IMG/VR virus record: IMGVR_UViG_3300044556_000086
Coordinates: 1 to 64,000 of that record
Source: a virus
Taxonomy: Duplodnaviria; Caudoviricetes
Strand: one strand, 5' to 3'
DNA: 64,000 nucleotides
A program made the translations under genes and the position numbers. Each line of letters starts with the position of its first letter. The first letter of the stretch is position 1. Shown one piece after another: positions 46,381 through 57,700 of the stretch. The notes beneath the pieces are model-generated. The model saw only the letters and a program-made list of their open reading frames with translations, did no database searches and was not told where the DNA came from.

Positions 46381-46896
46381 ATGGCAGGATTATCTTATAC
46401 GACTTCTAATGTAGCACCGGGAAATCTGATACCCTGTTATATTGTAAATAAGCTGACAGGGGATACGATACAGTTCATGGTATTACCCGAAGAAGTAACA
46501 GAATCTTATTCTGTAAGTATGGAGCCGAAGGAAATCATGGGACGGTCGGCTCCTTATATTTCTTACTCCGGGAATGAGGCTAGGACAGTTGGATACTCTA
46601 TTACGTTACACGAAGATATAGTACCGAATATGATGACGGTCATAGATAAATTGAAACGTTTGGTATATCCGAAATATACAGATAGTCATATACAGCCTCC
46701 CTATCAGTACGTTAAGTTTGGGGATATGATAGACATGATGGCTGTTGTAACGAGTGTATCTTTATCTTGGGGGCAGACTATTATAGAAGACCAGCAACAT
46801 TATTCTCAGTGTGAAGTTTCTTTAGAGTTTATGGAACTAAGAATAAGTAGTCTTCCGAGTGTAGATGCCAACCCATTCCAGGAAGGGAACATGTAA
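46381..46896 (+). CDS. Tail tube initiator / baseplate-tube junction protein
   Basis: PEEVTESYS...GRSAP...R motif; position after the tape measure gene. Confidence 0.7.
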   Translation: MAGLSYTTSNVAPGNLIPCYIVNKLTGDTIQFMVLPEEVTESYSVSMEPKEIMGRSAPYISYSGNEARTVGYSITLHEDIVPNMMTVIDKLKRLVYPKYTDSHIQPPYQYVKFGDMIDMMAVVTSVSLSWGQTIIEDQQHYSQCEVSLEFMELRISSLPSVDANPFQEGNM

Positions 46897-46897
46897 T

Positions 46898-47251
46898 ATG
46901 AAGGATAAACCTTACAAAATAAAAAGTTACTATACCTTAGATGAAACTTCTGGACCTGGGGCTGTGTCTAGGTATAAAAATTACAAGAGGTATACAGATA
47001 CAAACGGAGATACTTATGTAGAATCTCCTGAACGGATAGAAATACAGGAATCTACTGCTGATACGTTCTATTCCGTAGAAAAGCAGAATGAGAATAGACT
47101 AGACCTTATTTCAAATCAATTTTATGGTACTCCTTTGTTATGGTGGGCCATTGCCTCCATGAATCATATCAATAACCCGTTAGATGTAAAAGCAGGTATA
47201 ATCCTAAGGATACCTGCTTTAGCTTCTATTTACGATAGTGGGGTGATTTGA
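46898..47251 (+). CDS. LysM-like baseplate protein (gp53 / P2 gpX-like)
   Basis: RLDLISNQFYGTPLLWWAIA..N.I.NP motif. Confidence 0.8.
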   Translation: MKDKPYKIKSYYTLDETSGPGAVSRYKNYKRYTDTNGDTYVESPERIEIQESTADTFYSVEKQNENRLDLISNQFYGTPLLWWAIASMNHINNPLDVKAGIILRIPALASIYDSGVI

Positions 47252-50200
47252 TGGGGTTTTTAGAGTGGTTAAAATCTGATACAGATGATAATGCTTCCAT
47301 ACTATTAGACCCGATGGGTACAGGTGTCGGACAGGGAACGAAGAATCCTATGGATAATAGTAAGGATGACTCAGATTCAAAGAAGGATGAAAACTCTGGA
47401 AAATCTGACAAAAAAGATACAAGGGCTGAAGATGCTAAGATAGAGAAGCAGGTACAGTCTGTCAATGAGAAGATGATGAAGAACCAGCCATTGACTCCGT
47501 ATGTGACAATATCTATTATGGGAAAGTCCATTACTAGTTATACAGATAAAACATCTGATTGTTTGGTAGGTATCAGTGTCACTAAGATGGGGAGTCAGAA
47601 GAAGGGTTTTGCTTCTTCTAAAGTTCAGATACAGTTGTATGATGATAAGGCTCTTGAAATAGAAGAAATAGTAAGTAATGCTTTAGCCAAGAATACGAAG
47701 CCTAGTAAGTCTACGAATAATAAAAAGAACAACGATAAGTCAGACTCTTCAGATTCTAAGAAAGATGATAGTAAGAAAGATAGTAAGGATAAAAAGAATA
47801 AATCAGATGCTTCTAACTTTACATTACAATATGGTTGGATGGCCAGAGGTGGGGGTGTACTAGCTGAAACTCCTTTAATGAGGGGTAATATTACAAATTA
47901 CACAATTTCTTTTGCTGGTTCCTCTATAGAGTTAAATGTAGAAGGGACTATATCCGGTTTGTATCAGGCTTCTAAAGTAAAGACAGAAGAATATAAGGCT
48001 GATGTATATGGTGGTAAGCCTTCTGTTATTGTTCAAAAGATAGCAACTGACGAGGGGTGGCAGGTAGGTGGTATCACTGAAACAGCTCCGATGATAGGGG
48101 AAGACGGGAAGCCAAGGTCTTTTGTACGGAAGAACCAGTCTGCTACTCAGTTTATAATGAAGGAACTATCTGAAAAAGCCACTTCTACTTCTGGGGTAGT
48201 GGGGTATACGTTCTATTTCGATACTGGGGGTAAAATGTGGTTTGTTCCGGATACGGATTCTAATGAAGCCCAGGTAGTAGACAGTAGGGGGAATAACTAT
48301 GGGTCTATACTGTATGGTACTCCTATAATAGGGGGAGCTGGTTCCGCTGATTGGACGAGGTCTGATGGGAGTACGTATAGTACAGGAACTTCTGAGGGTA
48401 TATCTTATCCTGAATATAGGGCTTCTGCTTCTTCTACAATAAAGGCTGGGGGTTCTAATTCCTATAAAGCTGAAACGACTTCTACCTCTACAACGTCTGG
48501 TACAGGTGATTTGTATATTATTGGTGGTATTCATATCCATAAGATAGATGATGCTGTACAACAGAATAGTCATGTAAAGATGTACTATAATGATGTTGCT
48601 GATGTAAGCTATATTCAGAGTGTAATAGACTCTTTACCTAAAGATATGTCTTCTGGAAGTCGAATCTGTATACTACCAGACTATGCTCCGGGTGGAATAG
48701 AAGGATATACTACAGCTATAAAATCATGGTTACGGGAAATACCCTCTAATTGTTATATGGTGTTTATTACATACCCTCCCATATACGATTCTAAGAATAC
48801 AGACAGCACTATTTCATCTGATTTAATTTCTAAGTATAATGATGCTATAGTGGGTGAACTTCCTGATTCTGTAGAGGTAGTAGACATATTTAAACAGTTA
48901 AAAGACAGAATAACCTCTTATACGACAGATGGAACAGGTAGGTATTATACTACGCAGGTATATCAGGATTTTTATAATATGATAATTTCTTCTACGTATG
49001 TATCTTATGCTGGGTCTGGTCATTCTCAGCATAAGTCTGCAAAGAAGGATTATTCTGGGGTAGAAGACCTTTTAAAGCTGGGTGTATCTATGAGTTCCTT
49101 GAATGGGACAGTATACCAAAGTATCATTAATGATGTACTGGATGATACGATAGGGAGTTCTTCAAACTCTACAGGTAAGACTCGAAAATTGATAACAGAT
49201 GTATTGACCACTGTACTAACTACTTCTAAGTCTACAGGAACTCCCGCCAGCACTACTACCATTCAGGATTTATTAAATATGAGGGGTATTATACTTCATG
49301 ATACTATGAATGATTCGATAGTCCGGAGGATACAGTCTTTAAGTACAGATGCTACAGTACTTAATATGGTTCCGAATAGTTCAATTAAGTCTTTATTAGG
49401 GACTTCTAATTTACTGGGAACTAGTGTATCTGACTATATCAAGAATAATTCTATATTGAACTATGAACAGAAGGATTCTAGTACAGCTACAGAAGGTTCT
49501 GATGATAAAAATGCTTCTGTAGCAGAAGACCCGATGGGTATCGGTATGGGTACAGACTCCGGTTCAAAGTCTGGTAGTAGTTCTGACAGTAAATCAGATA
49601 ATGGTTCTGGTACAGATGGAAAGGATAAGACGCCTGCTAAGAATGAACATTCTGTTATAGGGTATTACGAATACTATACAGGTAGACCTGATGGAGTAGT
49701 CATAAGTTTTTCACCTGAGTTTAAAGGGAACGCTATAGCAGGTAGTAAGAAAGCTGGGAAGAATTTATCCGTAGATGCTGTTCGGAATGAAATGTTAAAA
49801 TGTACCGTAGGTGGGAAAGGTGCTTCTGAATCCGATACGGGGGATGACGGTTCAGAATATCTGGTCATGGGTATGAGTTCTTCTACCTATTCTGATTTGG
49901 AGAAGGCTTCTGTAAGTCTATGGAATAGGTACCATTCTAGTGCTGTAAAGGCTTCTCTTGAAGTACTAGGGAATCCGTTTTTGGAAGTAGGGAAGTGTAT
50001 CAAGCTGGCAGTATTCACAAAGTATGGATTCATGCATCACACCTCTGGGGAATACTTAATAAAATCCATAGAAGATAGTATTGCAGGTGGTTCTTATACT
50101 TCTAGCTTGCAGTTGATTAAGAATGAAAAGAATGCTTCTAAAGGTAAAAAGGGAGAAGGTGCTTCTAGAACACCTGGTTCTGTTAGTGTACCTGACGGGA

Positions 50201-50637
50201 CATACTGGCAGCCTCAGACTTCTGGAATCAACTTTGATGATGCAAAGCCTTGGATGGTAGATATAGCTAATTATCTAGGGGAGTGGTTCTTTAGTCAGAC
50301 AGGTCATAAGTTAGTTATAAACTCTGTAACTACGGGCAGTCATAGTGGTGGTCAATATTCTCATGCTAATGGTTACAAGTTGGATTGTAGTGACTGGGGT
50401 GGTACAGAAGACCCGCTATCTGGTGGTAAATTGGTTACAGATGATAGTGGTGGAGTAGATGAATCTTTTCAATCTTCTTTCATAGAATATGGTCGTGAAG
50501 CTGGTCTTGGTATGAACATTGAAGGTAGTGATGACTCTAACTATCATATTGATGTACAGTCCATGGGTTATGAATGGTCTACAGGAGAAGATCATGGTGG
50601 CTGGCCGGATGCTAAGAGTCAGGAAGGGGACAGTTAA
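47248..50637 (+). CDS. Baseplate hub protein with an SGNH-like insert and a C-terminal M15-like peptidase
   Basis: LQYGW and GNPFL...SGEYLI...D.I.GG.YT hub motifs; H-x6-D (HANGYKLD) and YHIDV. Confidence 0.7.
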   Translation: MMGFLEWLKSDTDDNASILLDPMGTGVGQGTKNPMDNSKDDSDSKKDENSGKSDKKDTRAEDAKIEKQVQSVNEKMMKNQPLTPYVTISIMGKSITSYTDKTSDCLVGISVTKMGSQKKGFASSKVQIQLYDDKALEIEEIVSNALAKNTKPSKSTNNKKNNDKSDSSDSKKDDSKKDSKDKKNKSDASNFTLQYGWMARGGGVLAETPLMRGNITNYTISFAGSSIELNVEGTISGLYQASKVKTEEYKADVYGGKPSVIVQKIATDEGWQVGGITETAPMIGEDGKPRSFVRKNQSATQFIMKELSEKATSTSGVVGYTFYFDTGGKMWFVPDTDSNEAQVVDSRGNNYGSILYGTPIIGGAGSADWTRSDGSTYSTGTSEGISYPEYRASASSTIKAGGSNSYKAETTSTSTTSGTGDLYIIGGIHIHKIDDAVQQNSHVKMYYNDVADVSYIQSVIDSLPKDMSSGSRICILPDYAPGGIEGYTTAIKSWLREIPSNCYMVFITYPPIYDSKNTDSTISSDLISKYNDAIVGELPDSVEVVDIFKQLKDRITSYTTDGTGRYYTTQVYQDFYNMIISSTYVSYAGSGHSQHKSAKKDYSGVEDLLKLGVSMSSLNGTVYQSIINDVLDDTIGSSSNSTGKTRKLITDVLTTVLTTSKSTGTPASTTTIQDLLNMRGIILHDTMNDSIVRRIQSLSTDATVLNMVPNSSIKSLLGTSNLLGTSVSDYIKNNSILNYEQKDSSTATEGSDDKNASVAEDPMGIGMGTDSGSKSGSSSDSKSDNGSGTDGKDKTPAKNEHSVIGYYEYYTGRPDGVVISFSPEFKGNAIAGSKKAGKNLSVDAVRNEMLKCTVGGKGASESDTGDDGSEYLVMGMSSSTYSDLEKASVSLWNRYHSSAVKASLEVLGNPFLEVGKCIKLAVFTKYGFMHHTSGEYLIKSIEDSIAGGSYTSSLQLIKNEKNASKGKKGEGASRTPGSVSVPDGTYWQPQTSGINFDDAKPWMVDIANYLGEWFFSQTGHKLVINSVTTGSHSGGQYSHANGYKLDCSDWGGTEDPLSGGKLVTDDSGGVDESFQSSFIEYGREAGLGMNIEGSDDSNYHIDVQSMGYEWSTGEDHGGWPDAKSQEGDS

Positions 50638-50639
50638 CT

Positions 50640-51977
50640 ATGTCCGTTGTTAGGGATTTAGATACTAGTTTATCGAAGCATGAAAACATGATAGGTGTCT
50701 ATAGAGCTAGGGTAGAGAATAATAAAGACCCTTTAGGGATAGGCAGGGTGCAGGTACGGGTACCCATGTTGCATGGACTGGAAGGAGAAGGGGTTTCTTC
50801 TGATAGTTTACCTTGGGCTAGTATGTGTAGTAATAATGGAGCCGGGTATAACTTCGGTTCCTTTATTGTACCCGAGATAGGGGAGTACGTATTTGTAGTC
50901 TTTGAAGATGGGGATACCAATAAACCTGTATATCTTGGGTCTATCTTTGGTACAGGTTCTTTGACACAGAAGAAATACGGTTCTGGTGATACGTCTTGGT
51001 CAGGGGTAGCTGGGGTATGTGAAGTACCTAATGAAGCCCAGAGGGAAGACCCTACGAATAAAGTACTGTATAAGTCTAGATTAGGTTCTAAGATTTGTAT
51101 GGATACGTCTATATCCACGGAAGGCACTAGTATAGAGGATGAGTACGGTCAAAGATTCAAAATAAATTCCGCTGAATCTGGCAGAAGTATTTGTATGACT
51201 GGTACAGGTGGAGTATCTGTAGTTATACGTGACAGTCATGTGTATATTGGTTCTGGGGCTACCATGATAACCGTAGACCCGAATGATAAAAATGTCATAG
51301 TAGCTAGTGGTAAAGGTAAGATTACCATGGATAGTTCAGGGAATGTAAAGATAGATTCCGCTAAGACGCAGATACTCTCTCCGAATGTAAAGGTATCTGC
51401 TAAGAACTTAAAGATGAGGGGTGCTGATGTACATATTGTAGAATCAGCTAATTCTATAGCTAACCTGGTTTCTGCTGTAGGGGATATCATGAAAAATGGG
51501 ATTACTCCAGAAGGGGCTTTAGAGTACTTAAAGACTACTCCGTTTGGTCAGGATGTCATGGCAGACTTACAATACTATCAGGATATACTAGGACAGTCTA
51601 AAAATTCAGCTATATTGAACGTATTGAATAACTCTGAATATTCCTATTTAATTTCTACAGCTTCCGATAAAGCACAGGAATACAGTAAAGCTTTAAAGCA
51701 GGCTGCTATTACAGCTAGTTTTGAAGTTTTATCTAAAGTATTTAAGGGAAGTGAAATCACTTCTTTATTAAATGAAGGATTGTCTTTATATCAAGCTTAT
51801 CAACAGTTGTCTGAAAAAGCAAAGAATGATGCTTCTATATGGATTAATTATGGTATAAGTTCCATGAGTGGATTACCTTATGATTCTACGGATATAGGAT
51901 ATTTACTAAGTCAGGGGTATTCCGTAGAAGATGCTAAGGGTATACTAGATAGAGCCGAAGTGAAAACAGCTCCATAA
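50640..51977 (+). CDS. Baseplate spike (gp5/VgrG OB-fold)
   Basis: YRARVENNKDPLGIGRVQVRVP, LPWA and VPEIGEYVFVVFEDGD..P motifs. Confidence 0.9.
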   Translation: MSVVRDLDTSLSKHENMIGVYRARVENNKDPLGIGRVQVRVPMLHGLEGEGVSSDSLPWASMCSNNGAGYNFGSFIVPEIGEYVFVVFEDGDTNKPVYLGSIFGTGSLTQKKYGSGDTSWSGVAGVCEVPNEAQREDPTNKVLYKSRLGSKICMDTSISTEGTSIEDEYGQRFKINSAESGRSICMTGTGGVSVVIRDSHVYIGSGATMITVDPNDKNVIVASGKGKITMDSSGNVKIDSAKTQILSPNVKVSAKNLKMRGADVHIVESANSIANLVSAVGDIMKNGITPEGALEYLKTTPFGQDVMADLQYYQDILGQSKNSAILNVLNNSEYSYLISTASDKAQEYSKALKQAAITASFEVLSKVFKGSEITSLLNEGLSLYQAYQQLSEKAKNDASIWINYGISSMSGLPYDSTDIGYLLSQGYSVEDAKGILDRAEVKTAP

Positions 51978-52027
51978 ATTTAGGGTTCTGAATTCTGTAT
52001 AAATAATAGGTAGGGAGGCTGGGAACA

Positions 52028-52495
52028 GTGGCATATTATTATAATACAGATTTTAAACAAACAGTTGCCGGTAGTGGGGCTTCTTTATACAATATGTTTC
52101 AGACAGATGTAAGAGATGGTAAGGGTAAAATGGTATCTATGTCTGGGGAAGATAAGATACATGAAAGTATACGGATGATACTCTCTACTAGAGTAGGGGA
52201 AAGGGCTTTCATACCCGAGTTTGGTTCTAGGTTACATTTAGTGGTATTTGAGCCGAATAGTCTGATTGCTAGGGATTTGTTGAAGATGTATGTAACGGAA
52301 GCCTTAGCTACCTGGGAAAAGAGAATAGATGTGGTGGATGTATCTGTAGGGGATATAGATGATTCTAATAGTATACCCATCACAATAAGTTATAAATTTA
52401 GAAACTCTAATATTTATGGTTCTTACGTGTACCCATTCAATATAAAGGATGGGAATATTGATGTGTACTCTTTGGATGATACAGTCACAGGTTAG
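52028..52495 (+). CDS. Baseplate gp25/gpW-like protein
   Basis: ILSTRVGER...PEFGS.L...FEP and WEKRI motifs. Confidence 0.9.
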   Translation: MAYYYNTDFKQTVAGSGASLYNMFQTDVRDGKGKMVSMSGEDKIHESIRMILSTRVGERAFIPEFGSRLHLVVFEPNSLIARDLLKMYVTEALATWEKRIDVVDVSVGDIDDSNSIPITISYKFRNSNIYGSYVYPFNIKDGNIDVYSLDDTVTG

Positions 52496-52512
52496 TGAGG
52501 TGAGAAGAGAAA

Positions 52513-53952
52513 TTGGCTAATAATTTATCTTATACTGGGAAAGATATAGCAGATATACGTAGGGAACTCATTAACCTAATTCCGCAGTTGACTACGAAAT
52601 GGACAGATTTTAGTGAGTCTGACCTTGGGATGGTGTGGTTGGAATTACTAGCTAGTGTGTCCGATATGCAGAATTTCTATATGGATACACAGGCTTTGGA
52701 AACGTTCTTAGATACCGCCGTACAGAGTAAGAATATAAGGTCTTTGTTAAGGGTAATGAATTATCCAGTTCCGTTGGTACATGCTGCTTCTGGGTATTTG
52801 CAGATAGACTTTGAAAATAATTCTTATAAAGAAATAACGATACCGAAATACACTCCGGTTACAAGCAGTAGTTATACAACCAAGGTAGACTATTGTGTAG
52901 TTGAAGATGTTTCCGTATCTGGTGAGATAAATACTTTAAAAGTACCCATTATGGAAGGACAGCCTAAAGTATTGACAATGACTAGGAGTGATTTCTTAAA
53001 TAATGTCAATACTTCTGGGAATACTTCTAGAAGGGTATATCTAGGGTATACTTCCGTAGCTAGTCGTGGTATTCAAATCATACAGGATGGGTCATATTTA
53101 TGGAAACAGGTAGAAGATGCCTTACTTGAGTATCGAGGGGGCAGGCTATACTCTGTTCATAAAGATTCTGACGGTCAGGTATATGTACTCATGTCTGTAA
53201 ATTTCTTAGATTATTTAACGGATGATAGTACCCTGGTATTTTCTTTTGTCATAAGCTTAGGGTCAGACGGAAATGTTCCAGCCAATACATTAGACACTAT
53301 AGGGGTTCCTTTGTCTGGGGTTACCAGAATAACGAACCCATTGAAGATGTCTGGGGGTGCCGATGAACCTAATCTACAAGACTTGAAGATTCTAGCAAGG
53401 AAAAATGCTGTCACTATGGGCCGGTATATCACGGTAGAGGATTATGAAACAGGAGTACGGAAAAATCCTGCTGTATCTGATTGTTATGTAGTAGATTGGA
53501 AAACTCCGAAGTATGTTTTATCTCCCTATTTGATAAAAGTATGGGCTGTAGGGTATGATGGTCAGGAGTTACCTAGTACCGTAGAAAATGAAATACGGGC
53601 AGACTTAGAAGAAAACGGTATTGTAGGGAATACTATAGAATTTATGCCAGTAGAAACCACGGATTTTGAAATTTCTTGTACGGTATATACTAACTCAAGA
53701 AATGAGCAGGAAAAAGCCTTGATAAAGTCTAATATACGGGCATACTTAGACCAGAAGTTTAAACCAGAAGCTGTTTCTTTTGGACAAGGTGTTTCTTTAG
53801 CTATGTTGTCTTCTGTATTTAGGGCTGTATCTACTACTATAACAGACATAGTATTTACTTCTCCTACAAAAGATATTACAGTAGAGGACACTGGTTTCAT
53901 ACGTCTGGTAAAGTCTGATATACAGGTAGTATCTAATAGGGTGTCGAAGTAG
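52513..53952 (+). CDS. Baseplate wedge protein (gp6/gpJ-like)
   Basis: WTDFSESDLG, ETFLDTA, GGADE and RYIT.EDY motifs. Confidence 0.9.
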   Translation: MANNLSYTGKDIADIRRELINLIPQLTTKWTDFSESDLGMVWLELLASVSDMQNFYMDTQALETFLDTAVQSKNIRSLLRVMNYPVPLVHAASGYLQIDFENNSYKEITIPKYTPVTSSSYTTKVDYCVVEDVSVSGEINTLKVPIMEGQPKVLTMTRSDFLNNVNTSGNTSRRVYLGYTSVASRGIQIIQDGSYLWKQVEDALLEYRGGRLYSVHKDSDGQVYVLMSVNFLDYLTDDSTLVFSFVISLGSDGNVPANTLDTIGVPLSGVTRITNPLKMSGGADEPNLQDLKILARKNAVTMGRYITVEDYETGVRKNPAVSDCYVVDWKTPKYVLSPYLIKVWAVGYDGQELPSTVENEIRADLEENGIVGNTIEFMPVETTDFEISCTVYTNSRNEQEKALIKSNIRAYLDQKFKPEAVSFGQGVSLAMLSSVFRAVSTTITDIVFTSPTKDITVEDTGFIRLVKSDIQVVSNRVSK

Positions 53953-53963
53953 AGGTGTGGTAA

Positions 53964-56900
53964 ATGAACTGGAAAGATGAATTAGCAAAAAGCAGATACC
54001 GAAACTTCGTACCTGAATACTTATGGAATAATGATAACTTCAAGATATGGTTAAAACTCATGGATAGTGAGTTTTCTAGTATCTTTGAAAATATCCGAAC
54101 TTACCCTGATATAGTAAACCCGGATAAGACTCCAAAAGAGTTCTTAGAGTCTCTTGGTTCTTATTCTAATTATACGTATAATACCTTAGGTTCTGTTGAG
54201 TTTAATAGGGAATTACTTACTAGAATGTTCTCTGTATGGAAACAAAGGGGTACAGAACATTCTATTATTATGGCTGCTACTCACGGGAATAATAAAGCTT
54301 ACGTGGGTGGTGACCTTTTTGTACCTGGGTATCCAATATCTAATGACGAAGCTTCTATAAGTATTCCATTCCGTAATATTTTCATACATAATCAGTCTAG
54401 TTTTTCTGGGGAAGACGTATTTGCTGATGGTGACCAGCATATGCCGGGGGTTATTGTATTGACAGTACCTGACTTATCTGAAGCTATTCGTGATAGGGTA
54501 CTTTCTGTCATGCCTGCTGGGGTAAAGGTGTATTATGAAGTATCTAGTAACTTTCCACCGAACACGGATTTACCTGACATAGACCTGGGGGACTTCAATA
54601 TACTATCTTTCTATAAGTGGTTAAGGGTATGGCCGAAGACAGATATAGAAAAGCAGGGGTATAATCATAATGCTGATATAGATGTTACGTACACTATAGA
54701 ATCGGAAGTACTACCTTATTACTTAATAGATACCTTAATTCATAGTCGGAATGATACAGGACGGATGCATAGTGGTTTTTATGAAACCATGTTGCAGACA
54801 GATATGTCTTTATTCACTAGTGTATCTATGTTATCCGTGTCTGGGTTGAAATCACCGTTTAAGGTTAATGGGAAAATTTTAAGTGATGATAAGTACCTTA
54901 AATCTAAGACCGGGGAATACCTGGATACCATAGAAAAAGACGGGGTATCTCAATTATACCATGATTTAGATACAGTTCTGAATGATGATGTAGAAGTAGA
55001 AAAGTATTATAATATCACATTTACTCCTAGCACAAATACAGAAATTAATTCATCAAATTCCGGTACTCCGGAATTGAAGAAGTCTGGAGTACATAGTAGT
55101 TTAGCTAATCGAAGTGGGATGATAACAGGTGATATTACAGTTTATGCTCCTGAATCTCCTATATTTCCAGATGATGCGTTGTATAGTGTGGATACGATAC
55201 AGGATAAAACACCTGAAGATTTAAGGGATGTTTTTTATGCTGATAGTCCAGATGTAACACAAGAAGTATCTTATAATGGGTTATCTGTAGTATCTAATGG
55301 GAAATCATTGTATAATAAGGAACTGGAAGGAGTTACTATCTATGGTAGGAGTTGGCAGAATGAAACTCCTTCATCCACTCACGAAGTTCCTATTAATTAT
55401 ATGGAAGGTACTCTAAGTGCTGGTAGTAGAAACCTTTGTAATAATTATAATCTACTAGACAATACAGATGGGTGGACTTTACAAGGTATTACAAGTCACT
55501 CAGTAGTAACGGAATCAGATGGGTCTAAGTGTTTCCAGTGTATAGGAACAGGAAGAATGTATTATATGTTACCCTTATATAAAGGACAATCTATAGTTAT
55601 GTCTGCTTATATAAAGGGTAAAGGTAACCTCCATATAGAATTAAACGGGTATTCTTATAGTTGGGAATCAGGGGTAGATTCAGAAGTGGTATCTGATTCT
55701 ACTTCTTATCATAGGGTGTATGCTACAGCTGGCCCTGTAAAGAATGATTGTAATGCTTTTTGTTTTGTATATGCAAATGATTCAAACCCGTTAAGTGTGA
55801 AAGATATTCAGATAGAGTATGGAACCTCTATGACTGACTTTGAACCATATTACAATGTTTCTGGTTCAGTATCTGGTATTTCTAATGGTCTGTTAGGTGT
55901 CATGGTTCAAAGTGGTGGCAACTACACGGATAGTACAGGTCAGCAGTGGTTATCTGATACACTTACAGTCCATAAAGATGGTACGGGTGAACTCGTTAAG
56001 AGGGTTTGGAAGGATACGTTTACGGGTTTGACTTATACGAAAACTCATGATGCTTCTACAGGGTATGCTTTATATGGATCATCTTATATACCTAGTTTAG
56101 CTTATTCTAGTGTATATGTTCCAATGTCTTATAATGATGTACTATCTAACTATGGTTCAACTACTTCTTATTCTTCTAAAATTAAAGGAACTCATGATGT
56201 ATGGTCTTCTATTTCTTCTGGGTATGGTATTTATGCAGAAGATAATCATATACAGATACTAGTTCCTACTACGGAAGACTTGACTAAGTATTCTTCATTA
56301 ACTTATCAGTATATACTATGGACTCCTATTGTTACACATTTAACTTCTGAACAGGTAAAGTCTTTCTTGTCTGTATTCTGTTTAGATAATAGTTCCTATA
56401 GTGTGTATAATAGTAGAGGTGCTGGTCTGGATGTAATCCTTTCAGGATACTCTGGGTTAAAGGATACTATCAGTACTTCTAAGGTTTCTGGGACATTAGT
56501 TTCCTTAGATAAAAAGAAGTATGGTGATTTAAGTAAAATCGTAATATATGGTAAAAGTTGGCAGAGTGGTATTCCTACGCAGTCTGTACCTGTACCTATT
56601 CAGTCTTTTAGTAGTGCAAATAAGATATACGCTGGGTCTTTAAATATTCTGGATAATTCCTCATTTGATTCTTCAGATGTATCGAAGTGGGTAGATGTTA
56701 CAGGGGGAACCATGGAGTACAAAAATGAACTAGCTTATGGTATGCCTTCTTGTTTATATTTTACTCATTCTGGTAGTAATTACGTATATACGGAGGTATC
56801 TGTTAAGAAGGGTCAGCCTGTAACTTTTTCTGCTTATGTAGCCGGTAGTTCAAAGGTACATTTAGCTATCAAGTCTGCTAGTGGGAAGGATTTAAAAACA

Positions 56901-57686
56901 ACAGATTCTATATCTTCATCTTCTGGGTATACTCGGTTATCTGTAAGTATGAGTAAAGCTGGTACAGATACTACCTACCTTTTAGCCGTATGCAGTGACT
57001 CTACAGGGGACGTATATATAGACAATGTACAGGTTGAAATCCGTGATACAGTTACTGAATACTTCAGAAAAAACCAGAAGAGTTTTTCATTACCTGTAGA
57101 TTATTTACGGAGTGTTCCAACTTATGAGGAGAATGCTTCGTATGATACTTACTCTTATTCAGATGGTGATACAAGATATGTAAGTGATGAGCTAGTACTA
57201 GATGTAGTTCATAGTGAGTATTATGTCTTAAAGAGAGTAGGTTCTGTACGTCTTACTGGGCATGAGAACTGGATGAGGAATTTTACTTCTGAAGGTACTC
57301 GTGACTATACGTATGAAACGTATATACCCGGGGTATATTCAAGTGATTCTGAAGATTGGAATAGGGTATCCCCTATTTTATGTTCTCTAGGGGTGTCTAG
57401 AAAAGACTCTGATTTAGCTAAGTCTGAGATAGATGAAGGGGTTTTAATTAGATGTGGTGAAAATCATAATCTAAGAGTTAAAACGAATAAATCTACAGTA
57501 GATGAGTTTAAGAATTATTTAAAGACGGTAAATGCTGAGGTATTATATGTACTAGAAAAGCCTGTACGGACAGATTTAACAGATGAACAGGTGGAAAACC
57601 TGTTGAATTTCCTATATAGTGGGTGTCATAACTTATACACAGATATAGGAAATCATATATCGATTCTATTTGAAGAACATGTATAA
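53964..57686 (+). CDS. Baseplate wedge (gpI/gp7-like) with duplicated carbohydrate-binding-like modules
   Basis: N-terminal P...WKQRGT..S motif; two IYG(R/K)SWQ...P....VPI plus beta-sandwich repeats. Confidence 0.65.
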   Translation: MNWKDELAKSRYRNFVPEYLWNNDNFKIWLKLMDSEFSSIFENIRTYPDIVNPDKTPKEFLESLGSYSNYTYNTLGSVEFNRELLTRMFSVWKQRGTEHSIIMAATHGNNKAYVGGDLFVPGYPISNDEASISIPFRNIFIHNQSSFSGEDVFADGDQHMPGVIVLTVPDLSEAIRDRVLSVMPAGVKVYYEVSSNFPPNTDLPDIDLGDFNILSFYKWLRVWPKTDIEKQGYNHNADIDVTYTIESEVLPYYLIDTLIHSRNDTGRMHSGFYETMLQTDMSLFTSVSMLSVSGLKSPFKVNGKILSDDKYLKSKTGEYLDTIEKDGVSQLYHDLDTVLNDDVEVEKYYNITFTPSTNTEINSSNSGTPELKKSGVHSSLANRSGMITGDITVYAPESPIFPDDALYSVDTIQDKTPEDLRDVFYADSPDVTQEVSYNGLSVVSNGKSLYNKELEGVTIYGRSWQNETPSSTHEVPINYMEGTLSAGSRNLCNNYNLLDNTDGWTLQGITSHSVVTESDGSKCFQCIGTGRMYYMLPLYKGQSIVMSAYIKGKGNLHIELNGYSYSWESGVDSEVVSDSTSYHRVYATAGPVKNDCNAFCFVYANDSNPLSVKDIQIEYGTSMTDFEPYYNVSGSVSGISNGLLGVMVQSGGNYTDSTGQQWLSDTLTVHKDGTGELVKRVWKDTFTGLTYTKTHDASTGYALYGSSYIPSLAYSSVYVPMSYNDVLSNYGSTTSYSSKIKGTHDVWSSISSGYGIYAEDNHIQILVPTTEDLTKYSSLTYQYILWTPIVTHLTSEQVKSFLSVFCLDNSSYSVYNSRGAGLDVILSGYSGLKDTISTSKVSGTLVSLDKKKYGDLSKIVIYGKSWQSGIPTQSVPVPIQSFSSANKIYAGSLNILDNSSFDSSDVSKWVDVTGGTMEYKNELAYGMPSCLYFTHSGSNYVYTEVSVKKGQPVTFSAYVAGSSKVHLAIKSASGKDLKTTDSISSSSGYTRLSVSMSKAGTDTTYLLAVCSDSTGDVYIDNVQVEIRDTVTEYFRKNQKSFSLPVDYLRSVPTYEENASYDTYSYSDGDTRYVSDELVLDVVHSEYYVLKRVGSVRLTGHENWMRNFTSEGTRDYTYETYIPGVYSSDSEDWNRVSPILCSLGVSRKDSDLAKSEIDEGVLIRCGENHNLRVKTNKSTVDEFKNYLKTVNAEVLYVLEKPVRTDLTDEQVENLLNFLYSGCHNLYTDIGNHISILFEEHV

Positions 57687-57700
57687 GGAGACAGGGAGTA

